From Octopus vulgaris (taxonomy: Eukaryota): a DNA stretch of 64,000 nucleotides. Location: positions 68,448,001-68,512,000 of the forward strand of contig OX597818.1 of the NCBI GenBank assembly GCA_951406725.2, given 5' to 3'. Below the pieces are notes generated by a model that was not told where the DNA came from, did not search any database, and saw only the letters and a program-made list of their open reading frames with translations. Positions 12,490 to 26,092 of this stretch are shown piece after piece. The first letter of the stretch is position 1. Every line of letters begins with the position of its first letter. The translations under genes and the position numbers were made by a program.

Positions 12490-14300
12490 TTTAGTGTAAA
12501 ATATCTGCCTATGTTTAGGTCATGCTGGTGATTACAAATAAGGGTAAAAAGATGCCATAGATAGATGTCAATAATTATAAATTATTCAGGTTCTTCGTAA
12601 TTAGAATTACAGAATTAGGAAGAAGTCACATTTTGTGCATTTTCTTTATTGATGTTATATATAGAGGAATGAAAGTTCTCCCCTGCTATGATTTAGGATC
12701 TATCGAGTAGTTATTACGTCCCTTACAATAACTGACGTCATAGGCCCACATGGTCATACTTCTCTGCCGGAATTCTAATTTATATCCACAAAATTGAGGG
12801 AAATATCCAAGGTGTTATGTGTCCGAAGAAATTGTCTCTACTGACATAAATAAAAGCAAAACAATTGCAGACCAGAGGCTGAAATATATCATCGAGGCCA
12901 GGAATGATGTCGCTAAAAACGATGTGAGAATAATTTTTTTGTACCCAGGATTGTTATAGTAACTCCATGTTACACATGTAGTCACACATCTTAACAAGTT
13001 TAGGATTCCCTGGAAGTAATCAAATTGTATGTAGAAATTTACTCCCTTCCTTCTTTCTCTCATTCTCTCCCTCCCCCTCTCTTAGTGAACTATCAGCGAT
13101 CGATGAAGAAAGAGGAGATCGATACATTGAAAGACGCCTAAACTATCTCACTTCATAAATGTTAATTTAATATAATTCTTAAGTATACATCATTCTGATA
13201 AATCCAAGTAAGGATGAAACGGTGTTGTACATTGTTACTGGTGTCTAACAGATACTTCCAATGTTTCTAATTAGAATACAATCATTGAATTGATATATTC
13301 TCTGCATTTTCATTGTAAGTCTTAATTCTAAAATTCAAACTTCTCACTCAGCTTCGATTTACGCTTTCTCTAGAAGCGATTATCTCCATAAAATTAACGA
13401 CTTACTGGACTCCACGTGATCAAACGACTCTGAGTGTGAATTTTAATTTATATTCACACAAACATTCAGCGAGCCCCCAAAGCGCTGAGTATTCGTAGAA
13501 ATTGACTCTATCAATAAACAATGACGGATGAACGATGGCGGAATAGCAGCTGAAATATGTCATCTGCGCCTGAAATGATGACACCATAAACGATATGGGA
13601 ATCTTATTCGTAGCCAAGGCTTTTAGGGTCACTAAATCTATTTCTAGCATGCGGCCGACTACCTACATCTATGTGGTTTTGAAAAAGTAGAAATTCCTTC
13701 AGTATAATCGAACTGCTGATGTCCTCACTCTATGCTCCTTTCTCTGTCCTTTTTGCTTTCCTTTTCAGCTGTTGAACTATGCACGATCTATGAAGAAAAA
13801 GGAGGGGGAAAACACCTCCATTTTATGTCCCGTAAACTATCGCATTTCATAAAATGTTAAATTTAATGTAGTGTAATTACCAAGGTTTATAAATTTCTGA
13901 TGATTCAAAAACAAAAATAAAAATAGAACGAATAAAAACGAAAGGAATGGTGCTATACATAGATACCAGGGACGAGAAAAATATTTCTGATCTTTACAAT
14001 GAGAAGAATAAAGAATTATTAAAATGTGAATAATGTAAATAATGTACAAAAGAAATCCTTTTAAACTTGTTAAAATAATCTTCGAAGTAGTTTATATGAT
14101 GGGAAATATAATTTCGAAGAGTTCCTGATATCATAAATCTTATAAAAGACTTTGCAGTTAAAGTAACGAAAACTTCTCAAAAAGTGGAAATTTACAAGAA
14201 ATCAACATTATTTTCCGTCTTACTCGTAATTTTGCTTCATTGTGAAAAATAAAATTATATTTTATTTTTTATTATTCTTATATTTTGAATTACTTATATA

Positions 14301-14357
14301 TGGGTGTGTCAAGATCTTTTAAGTGCATCGGGATTCCATGGATCTTGAGGCGACCCA
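14301..14357. mobile_element. Possible tiny MITE remnant
   Basis: Imperfect terminal inverted repeat TGGGTGTGTCAAGATC / GATCTTGAGGCGACCCA with TA on both flanks. Confidence 0.3.
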
Positions 14358-15659
14358 CTATGTATACATACATATATGTGTGTGCTTACCAGAATAACAA
14401 GGTAATCCTGTTAAGAGTTAAGGATTAAGAAAAAGGTGGAGTAATATATGATAATTAAATCATTCATATTAAATCCCCTCAATGATTCTCCCTCTACGTC
14501 TAACAAATAGGGATAAGCATACACTCACACACACACACACACACATATATATATGCACATAATACAATGAATATTTTATATATGTATACGCACATACACT
14601 TATATATGTGCTTGCGTGTGTGTGTGTATTTGTGTGTATATATATTTGTGTGTATATATATATATGAAATTATATATATATATTTATATATATATATATA
14701 CATATATATATGTTTGTATATGTATATATATGTATTTTATGTGTGTGTGTGTATGGATGCATATGTATCTGTATGCATACATATATGTATAAAGATATAT
14801 ATATATACATACTTATATGTGTATATAAATTTATGTATATATATATATATATATATGCATACATGCATACATGAATACTGAGAGAGAGAGAGAGAGAGAG
14901 AAAGAGTTACAGATACACAGTGCTGCAATCCGTTTGCTAAGTTGCCAGTTTAAAATATCTTAATCGATATATCTATGTACATAAATGTGCGTGTGCGTTT
15001 TATAATACATATATATATATATACATGCATACATACATGCAAGCATTACATGTGCACAACACACACACACCCTCTGAAACACACACATACCCTCTGAAAC
15101 ACACACACACGCACATATATACATACATATGGACATACATACATACATTTGACAAATACATGTATTAATACACAGTGAGGTGTGTTAAGTATTGTTTTAG
15201 CCTTGAAAGCAAATCACATTCCATAATTTCATATACAAAAGCCTTCCCTTACTTCCACACATACACCCATTTCTGCATATCAATTCTCACCTACACAAAA
15301 GCAACCCCGCCCCCACGCACACCCACGTCAAAGACATATATTCCCGGGTAGTACAAAATATATACATTCTCAAAAGCAAATAATTTATATATTCTTTAAA
15401 AAAATTATATTCTAAATTCTGTTGTATATATTTATGTTTACAAACAAAAAAAATAATAATAATTTTCACTATCAGAAATACACGAAGCAGTTTGATTGAT
15501 TTTCGGGAAATTCACTCTTTATTTTCATTTTGAAATATTTTTATTTTGTGTTTAGTTTTCTTGTCGATGTATTACACAGCGCTTACTTTCAAAAAAAGAT
15601 AACATCGCAAACATAATTCACACTTGCAAACCTGACAAGTATTATCATCATCATCATTA

Positions 15660-16015
15660 AAGGCAGCGAGCTGGCAGAAACGTTAGCACGCCGGGCGAAA
15701 TGCTTAGCGGTATTTTGTCTGCCGCTACGTTCTGAGATCGAATTCCGCCGAGGTCGACTTTGCTTTTCATCCTTTCGGGGTCGATTAAATAAGTACCAGT
15801 TACGCACTAGGGTCGATATAATCGACTTAATCCGTTTGTCTGTCATTGATTATCCCCTCTGTGTGTAGCCCCTTGTGGGTAGTAAAGAAATAGGCATTTC
15901 ATTTGTCTTCACGTTCTGAATTCAAATCCCGCCGGGGTCGACTTTGTCTTTCATCCTTTCGGGGTCGATGAAATAAGTACTAGTTAATCCCTTCTCCCAA
16001 ATTTGAGCCCTATTG
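15660..16015 (+). mobile_element. SINE family 3, full copy plus a partial tandem copy
   Basis: GGCAGCGAGCTGGCAGAAACGTTAGC head; CTTTCATCCTTTCGGGGTCGAT-type domain occurs twice. Confidence 0.85.
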
Positions 16016-16084
16016 CTTCAGAAAAGATTATTATTATTACTGTTGTTGTTGTTATTATTATTATTATTGTTGTTGTTGTTGTTG

Positions 16085-16114
<30 letters not shown>

Positions 16115-16116
<2 letters not shown>

Positions 16117-16512
16117 GAGTGAGAGAGCAGTGCATGCCATCAAAGTGACACTGGGGTAAAATATACGAAGCCCAATATACCCATCATGACTACTCGTCTG
16201 ATAAGGGTACACCAGGCACATGCAGCACAACCATATGTGCGCGACATGGTGATCTCATATCAAGATAAACAGCACATGACCTTGCGGGTGGGTCCCATTT
16301 AGAATTTTATTCAGGTTGAGTAGCCCATCCCGCTTAAAAGGTCCCTGAATAAGGGTTGTTTAAGGATGTTGAAAGAACCACCCATGTTTCCAGAGGTGAA
16401 TTATTCAAACCCCAAAGAATCCCTCTCAACACATGGCTATGATGCTCCTCCACTACTTCTGCTCGTGATCAGAGGTGCACATATCGTCAGCCACTAAAGG
16501 ACATGCTCACCG
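16115..16512 (-). mobile_element. Probable non-LTR retroelement 3' end with (AAT)n tail, family unassigned
   Basis: GC-richer non-simple block ending (minus strand) in a long (AAT/AAC)n tract; no protein motif recognised. Confidence 0.4.
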
Positions 16513-16902
16513 GTACAACCGACTGCACTCTTAAACGAGAAACAGAAAGAAAAAACACTGTAGACCGTCTAAATCTGATCAAACCAGTAAACTTCTATGT
16601 TTCAATTCATTCGAATTATTCCTTCATTTAATCATTCCATACTCTATCCGACATTTCATTCATTTCGATGTTGTCATTATATTATTTCTAATATTCTTAT
16701 TATTATTTTTGTTATCAATATCATTATTGTTACGATAATTATTATTGTCATTATTGTTGTCGTATTTTGTTGTTCTTGTTCTAATTGTTACTGTTATTAT
16801 TATCATTATTGTAATCCCTTTTCTTTTAATCTTTTTCTTTAGACAATCACACGTTAAAATCAACATGAGTGACCATCATCATCATCATCATTACTATTAT
16901 TA

Positions 16903-16952
<50 letters not shown>

Positions 16953-17180
16953 ATCATCATTATTATTATTGTTGTTGTTAGATTATTCATGTCACCATTT
17001 CAAGTAGCAAAACTTCTCTTTCACCTCCTCCTCCTCCTCTTCCTCATCATCATCATCATTATCGTCGCCGTCATCGTCATCCTCATCACTACTCCCACAC
17101 ACTGAAAATTTATGGTAGAATACTTGAACTGTTTCATCTTCTCAATCTTTAAAACTGTACACACATCAACACACACGTGT

Positions 17181-17226
<46 letters not shown>

Positions 17227-17432
17227 AGATACATCAACAAACACCACCCATCTCCGCATACTCGCACATAAACACACAAACATTTAGCATTGGTTCGTTC
17301 ATTCTTTCATTCCTTCATTTTGGTCAGTGAATTTCAACAAGAATCAGATTTGCGTTTGGTGAATGGCATCCTTGCTGGAAACAATGTCGAAGCCCAAAGC
17401 GACATTACTGTCATTCTCCAGATCAGATGGTT

Positions 17433-17785
17433 TATATAAGCAGCTCCACCAACCATTCATATTAGATTTCAGCCCTGATATGGCAGCAACACTGTTCTCA
17501 ATCACTATTCCAAAAGTCAACTCCTATCAAACACTTCTTTTACTGATCAATATTTTTCACGTATCAAGTTTTCGTTTTCCCTCCATTTCCTTGAAATATT
17601 CATTATTTTTTCTGCTTGTTTTTTTTTTCTCCTTATTTTTTCGTTTTTTTTTTGTTGGTTTGTTTTGTTTGATATTTTTTGTTTTTGTTGTGTTTGTTTT
17701 GTAATATTTTATTTCTATATTTTTTTCTCTCGTATGTTCCTATGTTCCTTACTTTTCTTCTTTCTAGTTTATTTTCAAGGTAAGA
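17433..17785 (+). promoter_or_regulatory. Candidate TATA core promoter and non-coding first exon
   Basis: TATATAAG at 17433-17440, initiator-like sequence ~30 nt downstream, strong donor AAG|GTAAGA with GT at 17780-17781, all in unique sequence. Confidence 0.3.
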
Positions 17786-17816
17786 TGAAAAAGACTTCGA
17801 TTTTTGTCGCTGCAAC

Positions 17817-18419
<603 letters not shown>

Positions 18420-19251
18420 ATGTTAAAAATATATAAGGAAAATAGAAGTAAAAGTGTGTATACATTGGAAATAATAGCAGAGTCTTTCAGAGGTCTTCAT
18501 TTCCTTTTTTATTTGTTGTTTTACTTTTCATTTTTGTTTTTGCTTTCGTTCTTTTATTAGATACTAGAATCTTCAAAAGTAAAACGGCCAACGAATTCGA
18601 CAAAAAAATAAATAAATAAAGGTTAAAAAAAAAAGGTAACTGTTGCTATAAATAAAGCATACAGACATTGCTGATCTAACTATAAGCAATTGTGGATATT
18701 TCTGCTATGTATATCTAAGTTAGGTCCGCTCAAGAGTGGAATCCTGTTATGTTGAGCAACAAAAATTATATAAGAAAATAGCAGAGATAAAAAAATTTTG
18801 GAGAAAAATAAGTGTTTTGAGGGCAAGAGCTGTTGGACTGACACAAGTAAAATATTTGTGCATAGCAATGGAGAGGTTCGGAATGGCTCGATTGTATATT
18901 TCAGCATGAACTGTTATGCGTTGGTTGGTATTGTCGCTGGTCTGTAAATAACACAAAGGAAGTGCGAGAGGAGTGTGTGTGTGCGTGTGTTGGGGATGAG
19001 ATTGTGTGTGTTTATATGTAGGTATGCATGCATTTATGTATTTATATACGTATGTATATATATATATATATATATATATACACCACACAAATATGCACAC
19101 ACATATATACATGCATTCATAACATAAATAGATAGATAGATAGATATGCATACATACATATATCTGTTATATGTGTGCATGTATATATATATATATATAG
19201 GTATGAACTTATATATGTGAATATATATACTATTTTCTAAAGTAAATTTCT

Positions 19252-19282
<31 letters not shown>

Positions 19283-19285
19283 ATG

Positions 19286-19365
<80 letters not shown>

Positions 19366-19420
19366 CATATATATACATATACATACATATAAATATGTGA
19401 GTATTATATTGTATTAAATT

Positions 19421-19459
<39 letters not shown>

Positions 19460-19594
19460 GTGTGTGCATATATACATATATAGCAGACTATCAGAAACAT
19501 TAGGGAAACATCAATTGTTTGATAGGTATACAGCAGCAATCGTGTGTAAAGTTGGTTGAAAAATAGCAAAGCCGCTAATACAATTTGGTAAATA

Positions 19595-19648
<54 letters not shown>

Positions 19649-19667
19649 TGCATTTGTGCGTATTTCT

Positions 19668-19800
19668 CATCATCATCATCATTATCACTTTTCGTGTCTG
19701 TTTTTTCCATGTTCTCCATGCTGCCGTAGGTTGAATGAAACATTTTGAAGTAGTGTTTTAGAGGTCGGATGTCCTTTCTCCTGCCACACATTCTGTTCAC
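19668..19800 (-). mobile_element. RTE-tailed repeat (family 4), 3' fragment
   Basis: Reverse of ...CAACCTACGGCAGCATGG...GGAAAAAACAGACACG..(GAT)n tail. Confidence 0.55.
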
Positions 19801-19857
19801 TACTTACGACCTAATACAAGGAAACAATATAAACGATGATATATATATATGTATATA

Positions 19858-19974
<117 letters not shown>

Positions 19975-20155
19975 CAGCAGCAGCATCGCCGTCGTCATCA
20001 TTATTTAACATCGGTTTTCCATGCTCGCATGGGTTAACGTGTAAAAATCCTTCCAAGAGGTACATCGACTCATATTGATGGTTTCCTGGTTTCCGTAATG
20101 CACAACTTTCCCTCTCGGACAGGACACCAAGCCCTCGTGTAGGATTACTCATTTT

Positions 20156-20219
<64 letters not shown>

Positions 20220-20222
<3 letters not shown>

Positions 20223-20430
20223 ATCCAAACATGATAACACAAAGAGAAAACACAACAACGCGAGGGCGTGGAACAAATATAGTATTATTGGACGCTCAGG
20301 AAAGAAGGAAAGAAGGAGGGTTTAACGTTTCGAGCGGAGCTCTTCGTCGGAAACATAGGAAAACGAAAGATCCAAAGTAGGGAAGACGGAGGAAAAAAGA
20401 TCGCCAAACGCTACACACGCGGTCACAGTG
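20220..20430 (-). mobile_element. Short hammerhead-bearing insertion; motif at 20320-20354
   Basis: Minus strand GTTT CCGACGA A GAGC-TCC-GCTC GAAA CG TT AAAC, then TTCCTGAGCG, ending in (TA)n. Confidence 0.55.
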
Positions 20431-20793
20431 AATATAGAGGTGTTTGGGTATGTGTTGATATGTTTGTGTGTGAGTGTGAAGATATATTAATTTCGTCAGC
20501 ATCACTGTCCAAAGATAACATCTCCTATGGACATGCTGTGTTTAAAAGGACAACAACATATATCAGTAGCAGACAAATATCATCCAGCAGCTACAATGAG
20601 AATGCTAGAAGTGTATTTCTGCGTGATTGGGCTTTGTCAATAGCACGTACTCTCTGCCAGCTGCACACAAACAGAAAATCTGTTGCTACTAATATAGGAA
20701 GTATCTGGTATTGTAATTAGTCATCTAGCTGGATAGAAACATCTTATTAGCAACAAAAGCAGTATTAGATTAGAATAGCCATCCGTACAACTG

Positions 20794-21115
20794 AAGGCAC
20801 GTGGCTCAGTGGTTTAGGTATTCAGCTTTGTATCATAAGGTCATGTGTTCGATTCCTGATCGCGAATTGTGCTCTTGAGCAAGGTATTTCTTTCACATTG
20901 CTCGAGTTCAATCCGCTGGAAAAAATCAGAAGTACCTGTACTTCAAAGGTCCAGACTTGTCCCATTCTGTGTCACCCTGGATCTTCTTGAGAACTACGTT
21001 AAGGTTTTGCATGACTGTGGAGTGCGGAGCCACTTGCATGTTAATTTCACGAGCAGACTGTTCCATTGATAGGATCAACTGGAGCACTCATCGCTGTAAC
21101 CGACGGAGGACCAGT
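20794..21115 (+). mobile_element. SINE family 2 (head + CORE-like middle + tail A)
   Basis: TGGCTCAGTGG / GTTCGATTCC boxes, CTTGAGCAAG.. middle, tail A. Confidence 0.8.
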
Positions 21116-21211
21116 TTCCTTTTCTGTTTTGAAAATACACCCTAGAAAGGCTGATTAACTGAGGTATGACAGCTGCTAGATGGTATGACAATTAACTGTG
21201 GTATTATAGAT

Positions 21212-21505
21212 GTTTAGTGATTAGGGCATTCGGCTCACGATCCTAAGGTCGTGAGTTCGATTCCCGGCGACGCGTTGTGTTCTTGAACAAGATCATTTAT
21301 TTCACATTGCTCCCGTGCACTCAGCTGGCAAAAATGAGTAGTGTCTGTACTTCAAAGGGCCAGCCTTGTCACACTCCGTGTCCCATTCTGTGTCAGCCTG
21401 AATCTCCCTGAGATCTACGTTAAAGGTACACATGTCCGCGGAGTGCTCAGCCACTTGCACGTTAAGCTGTTCTGTTGATCGGATCAGCTGGGACCCTCGT
21501 CGGAA
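21212..21505 (+). mobile_element. SINE family 2 (head + CORE-like middle + tail A)
   Basis: Same architecture as the copy at 20794. Confidence 0.8.
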
Positions 21506-22012
21506 TGTCCCTCTATCAGTAGCAACATACTTTTATTAGTCTGTGGCTAACAGTTAGTAGATAGTACTGACAAAGCAAGATGTCCTTAGAGCTGTAGCAT
21601 CATGTCCTGCTATCCAACCCATGCCAGCATGGAACACTGACATTAAATGATGAGGATATAAGATATGAATTTTGTTGTTGTGGTCAGAGTATCATTCATA
21701 TCAGCAAAAAGGAAATACCTTCACTTCTAGAGTTTCCTCCCTTGTGAGTATGCACAGAAGACATTGTGTAGAGAAGGGCAGTTACAGCCTTTCAGTGTCT
21801 CATGAAGGCACCTCTTCTATTGAAATGCTATCTGTGTACCTGCGTCTAAGATGTCGTCATGGTTTTACCATTTTCGTGTAGGTATTAGTCCTTGTCTGAG
21901 CTCAAGACAACGCTTAGGCTACATCGTAAAAGGAAAGGGAAACAAAGAGCAAACGTTGGTTATATTTGTTAGACACAACAGACACAAAAGCATCTATTTG
22001 CATGTGTAGATA

Positions 22013-22210
22013 TCATCATCATCATCATCATTTTACATCTGCTGCCTCTACTGGCATGGGTTAGGAGGATCATCGCAATCTGAGTCCTTTCTTATTGTGT
22101 GCCACAGCTGCTATGGACTGGTGTTTGTCAGTGTCCTTTAGCAATTTTCCTGCGGCTGGATAACGTCCATATCAGCCGCCATTTTACACAGTGTGCGGGG
22201 TGGATTTTAT
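22013..22210 (-). mobile_element. RTE-tailed repeat (family 4) fragment
   Basis: Reverse of ..AACCCATGCCAGTAG..GCAGATGTAAAATGATGATG. Confidence 0.55.
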
Positions 22211-23115
22211 TATGAGCACAAGAGTGTTTGAACAGTCGTCCACAAGACAGAAATAAAGTGACTGCACCAGCAATGTGTGTGTGTGTGTTTAAATTCATTT
22301 CTACATGTGTGTACTGGAGACACTTCTGTGTTCAAGTTTTATCCTTTCTCATCGAAGTTTTTCATATTTTTGTACAAGCTTCTTGAATTTTGTTAGAGAT
22401 TGCAAAGTTCGCTAATGCAAACATTTCTGGATCGTCACAGCCTCATCTTCAGGATGAACTAATATTAGCATGTGCCATGTCTCTTTATAATAAAATAGAA
22501 GCAATGAAATTTGTGTAGAAAATAAAACTAGACTTTAGAATTTTAATTCGTTTGTAACAACACGTCATGAATCTGTTTATTTTAGTATTAGATTGTGTAA
22601 TGCGTATTACAGGTACCATTAATTTTTATGCCGAATTCTGTAGATTATGTGTTGCTTGTAAATAAATCTCTAACAGGTCTATTTTCTGTTTAGTAACCCA
22701 ATGACGAAGCATGTACTAAATATGTAAAATAGAGTGTATACATATATTTCACCGAGAGCTGGAGGTTTTTACAACAATTCCATATTGCTGAATATTCAGA
22801 CAAAGTAAAGAAGCCCCGTATAACAATAGATAAACAACTGACAGTTAAACAGATGAATAACAGAGTGGCAGTCGAATAAATGAATGTGAGAAACATGTTC
22901 GTTCCCAACATTAAATAATAATAACGATGATGATAATAATAATTACTAGTGTCTCTTAAATATCTATACCTGTCTATATGTATATTGGCATATGTATATA
23001 GATATATATATATATAACATTTTTTATTAATATTCGGCAAAAGTTACAAAGTGAGTCAAGGGCCAAGAGCTTTGTGTCATGGCACTTAACTATTCTCTTT
23101 GTAACATCAAACCTA

Positions 23116-23146
<31 letters not shown>

Positions 23147-23173
23147 GTGTGTGTGTGTATGTATGCATATATG

Positions 23174-23241
<68 letters not shown>

Positions 23242-23648
23242 TACCCTAACACCTGATTGACCCAAAATAGTAAAAAATAAGCAACATATCTGCATTCCTC
23301 CCATTCTCTTTCCGCTTTCTTTCTTTCTCTCTCTCTCTCTCTTTCTTTCTCTCTGTTCTTCATTGCATTTTAATACAAATGTCACATATACCGACAGTGG
23401 AGCATCAAATATTCATAGATTCGTTCATAATTTTTCATGTGAACAGTAAAAGACTTTCTTCAAACTAAAGTTTTCTTTGATGTTTTAATGCAAACATCTT
23501 TATTCAGTGTTTGTCTTTGCAAACATTCTTCTCTTTTGTGATGCTCTTAATTTGAATGATCATTTTATACATACATACATGCATACACAAACATGTATAT
23601 ATATATACTTGTAGGTATTTATGTATGTATGCACGCATACGTATACAT

Positions 23649-23704
<56 letters not shown>

Positions 23705-23855
23705 AATATAAGAGAGTGTTCACTATATTGATCACTCTAGCACCAGTTAATCCAAGAGGTTTCAACCACGAAAAATACATGTTTCCCATGAAAGCCGGTA
23801 CGACTGTTAGCTCACACGGACAGGGCAAATAAAAAATAACAAAAATACAGATTAT

Positions 23856-23933
23856 CTTGGGACAATTGTTTCGCTATTAATGAATTAAATGTAATATTAC
23901 TTACATTAATCCATTTGTAGCTCTTCAGCCAAG
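23856..23933 (-). ncRNA. Minimal type I hammerhead ribozyme, canonical core
   Basis: Minus strand: CTTGG CTGAAGA GCTA-long hairpin-TAGC GAAA CAATTG TC CCAAG. All core nucleotides present, stem I 5/5, palindromic stem III, GUC cleavage triplet. Confidence 0.85.
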
Positions 23934-24153
23934 GCTATCTTGATGAAATCCACTCAATCACACGCCAGATTTTACCATAACGATAATTACGCGTGCGGTT
24001 CAATTGATTACATCGGACGTTATAATTCAAATGCCCCAACCAACAGCGCGCCAAACTCTCACGGAAAACAAAATACAGCATTTAGAAATAAATGCAGCAT
24101 AATTATAATTATAATTATAATTATAATTATAATTATAATTATAATTATAATTA

Positions 24154-24198
<45 letters not shown>

Positions 24199-24769
24199 GG
24201 CATATATGCCTATATAAACGTATGCGTGTTTGTGTGTGTGTGTGTGTATGTCTGCTCAAGTGTCTGTGTGAAGGCACATTGTCCTGCGGTTGAGACGTTG
24301 GATTCAAGATCATAAGTTCATAGGTTCAATTCCCAGACCAAAGTACTTTCAGCAAGTTACTCTGCTGAGAACGGATACTAACACTCGGTCGGTCTTTTAT
24401 GGACACATTCTGTCTTCTTCAGTGTTACAGATCAACAGTATGTCGATGTCTGCTAGCACCTACATAAGTATCTGAATCTACCAAATCAAAATAGCCTCTG
24501 TCTGAGAAATTTGGATATGTGTATATGTGGGTGTGTGTGTTTGTGTGGGTGCGTGCACGTGTATGAGTGTGTGTGTGTGTGTGTGTATGTGTGTATTAAT
24601 GTTTGCTTTTATGTCGTAAAACATTTTTTTCCTTTTAACAATAGGATTGCTCAGTACTTTTAGTCGAATACAAATTTATTCTTTAACGAAACTAGCACTG
24701 ACTGTGACTTCGAAGTTTCGGTCAGTTAAGCTAACCTCCATCTATTTGTCTCCATAGCTACATAGGATA

Positions 24770-25143
24770 TCTTTTACCTTTTCTTCGTTTCAGTAACTTC
24801 CTTGTGGCCATGCTGGAGTACTGCCTTGAAAATTAACCAACCCCGGAACTCATTTATTTTTAAAGCCTGGTACGTATTCTATCAGTCTCTTTCGTCGTAC
24901 TGCTACGTCACAAGGACATAAACACACAAACGCAATGGTGGTGGAGGACAAACATAGACACAAACGCAAGTACACACACACACACATGGCAGGATTCTTT
25001 CGGTTTCCCTGTACCAAATCCACTGACAAGGGTTTGGTTGGCCTGAGGCTCTAGTAGAAAACACATGTCCAAGGTGGTATGCAGTGGGAATGAACTTGAA
25101 GCCATTCAGTTGAGAAGCAAACTTCGAACTATACAACCACCCT
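24770..25143 (-). mobile_element. SINE family 1
   Basis: Reverse match to family 1. Confidence 0.8.
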
Positions 25144-25167
25144 ACCGAGTAGGATACATACATATAT

Positions 25168-25230
<63 letters not shown>

Positions 25231-25389
25231 CATACATACATACTTACATACATACATACATACATACATATATACATATATATATGTATACATATATATA
25301 TGTATGTGTGTATGTATATATATGTATATGTGTGTGTGTGTGTATGAATAAATGAAAGAATGGAGTCGAACGAAGATGTTAACAAAATT

Positions 25390-25482
25390 CCTTTACTCTC
25401 GACACATGTTTCGAAGACAGCATGTTCTCGTTCCAAAGGAATAAATGGTGCATTATGCAATCTTCTCATCAGGAAAGAAAGG
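25390..25482 (-). ncRNA. Minimal type I hammerhead ribozyme, canonical core
   Basis: Minus strand: CCTTTCTTTC CTGATGA GAAGA-loop-TCTTC GAAA CATGTG TC GAGAGTAAAGG. Confidence 0.8.
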
Positions 25483-25678
25483 GAGCCCCTCTCGACAAGA
25501 AGACAAACAAAAATTTCGATGATTGCCTACATGGTAAACAAAGCGATAATGAGTAACGAATTTTCCATGCTGACGATAAACATAGAATAATTCATTCACC
25601 TACTTAAATATATATATATACATGCATACATACATACATACATACATACATACATACATACATACATACATACATACA

Positions 25679-25712
<34 letters not shown>

Positions 25713-25943
25713 CATATATACATATATACAAAGTATGGGGGTTTAGTTCACAAGTAATCTAAACGAATAGGTAAGTGTCGTAAAAATTACTAAGGCTCCC
25801 AGGTTGTAGCCAAGATGTTAGTTATGGAGCCATTGCAGCTTTCCGATATAGCGGATATATAATTGTTAAAGAGGACAACAAACGTTAAGGCAAGGCAATC
25901 AGCTCAAGTCATGTACATTATTTATATTGGAAAAAATTCAAAG

Positions 25944-25997
25944 TCTTACAGCTGTTTCTGAGATATCCCAGTGTATGGAATATTCTGTCATCAGAGA
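25944..25997 (-). ncRNA. Minimal type I hammerhead motif with damaged stem II base
   Basis: Minus strand: TCT CTGATGA caga ATATTCCA-loop-TGGGATAT ctca GAAA CAGCTG TA AGA. Confidence 0.6.
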
Positions 25998-26092
25998 TAA
26001 ATATGGAAAATGAGAAGGGTATAGATTAATGAAATGATGACTACGAGGACAGGAGTACAGGAATAATAAGATGAAGTGAGAGCATAAAAGTT

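Larger units (their letters stand above)
9080..14100 (+). repeat. Diverged tandem array of ~610-700 bp units (six hammerhead-bearing units plus a partial one), interrupted by three SINEs
   Basis: Ordered blocks recur: TGAACTAT..CGATC (9670, 10300, 11510, 12147, 13086, 13773), hammerhead-like block, GAATTCTAATTTATATCCAC (9119, 10027, 10666, 11876, 12770, 13436), GAAATTGTCTC, CAGCTGAAATAT. Confidence 0.8.

Noticed and set aside
9080-14100. CRISPR-like interpretation of the periodic array
   Set aside because: Whole ~650-bp units are homologous, there are no short identical repeats with unique spacers, and the context is eukaryotic.
22420-22805. Two further hammerhead-like traces on the minus strand (CTGAAGA..GAAA; CTGAATA..GAAATATATGTA)
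   Set aside because: Stems I and II could not be paired convincingly.
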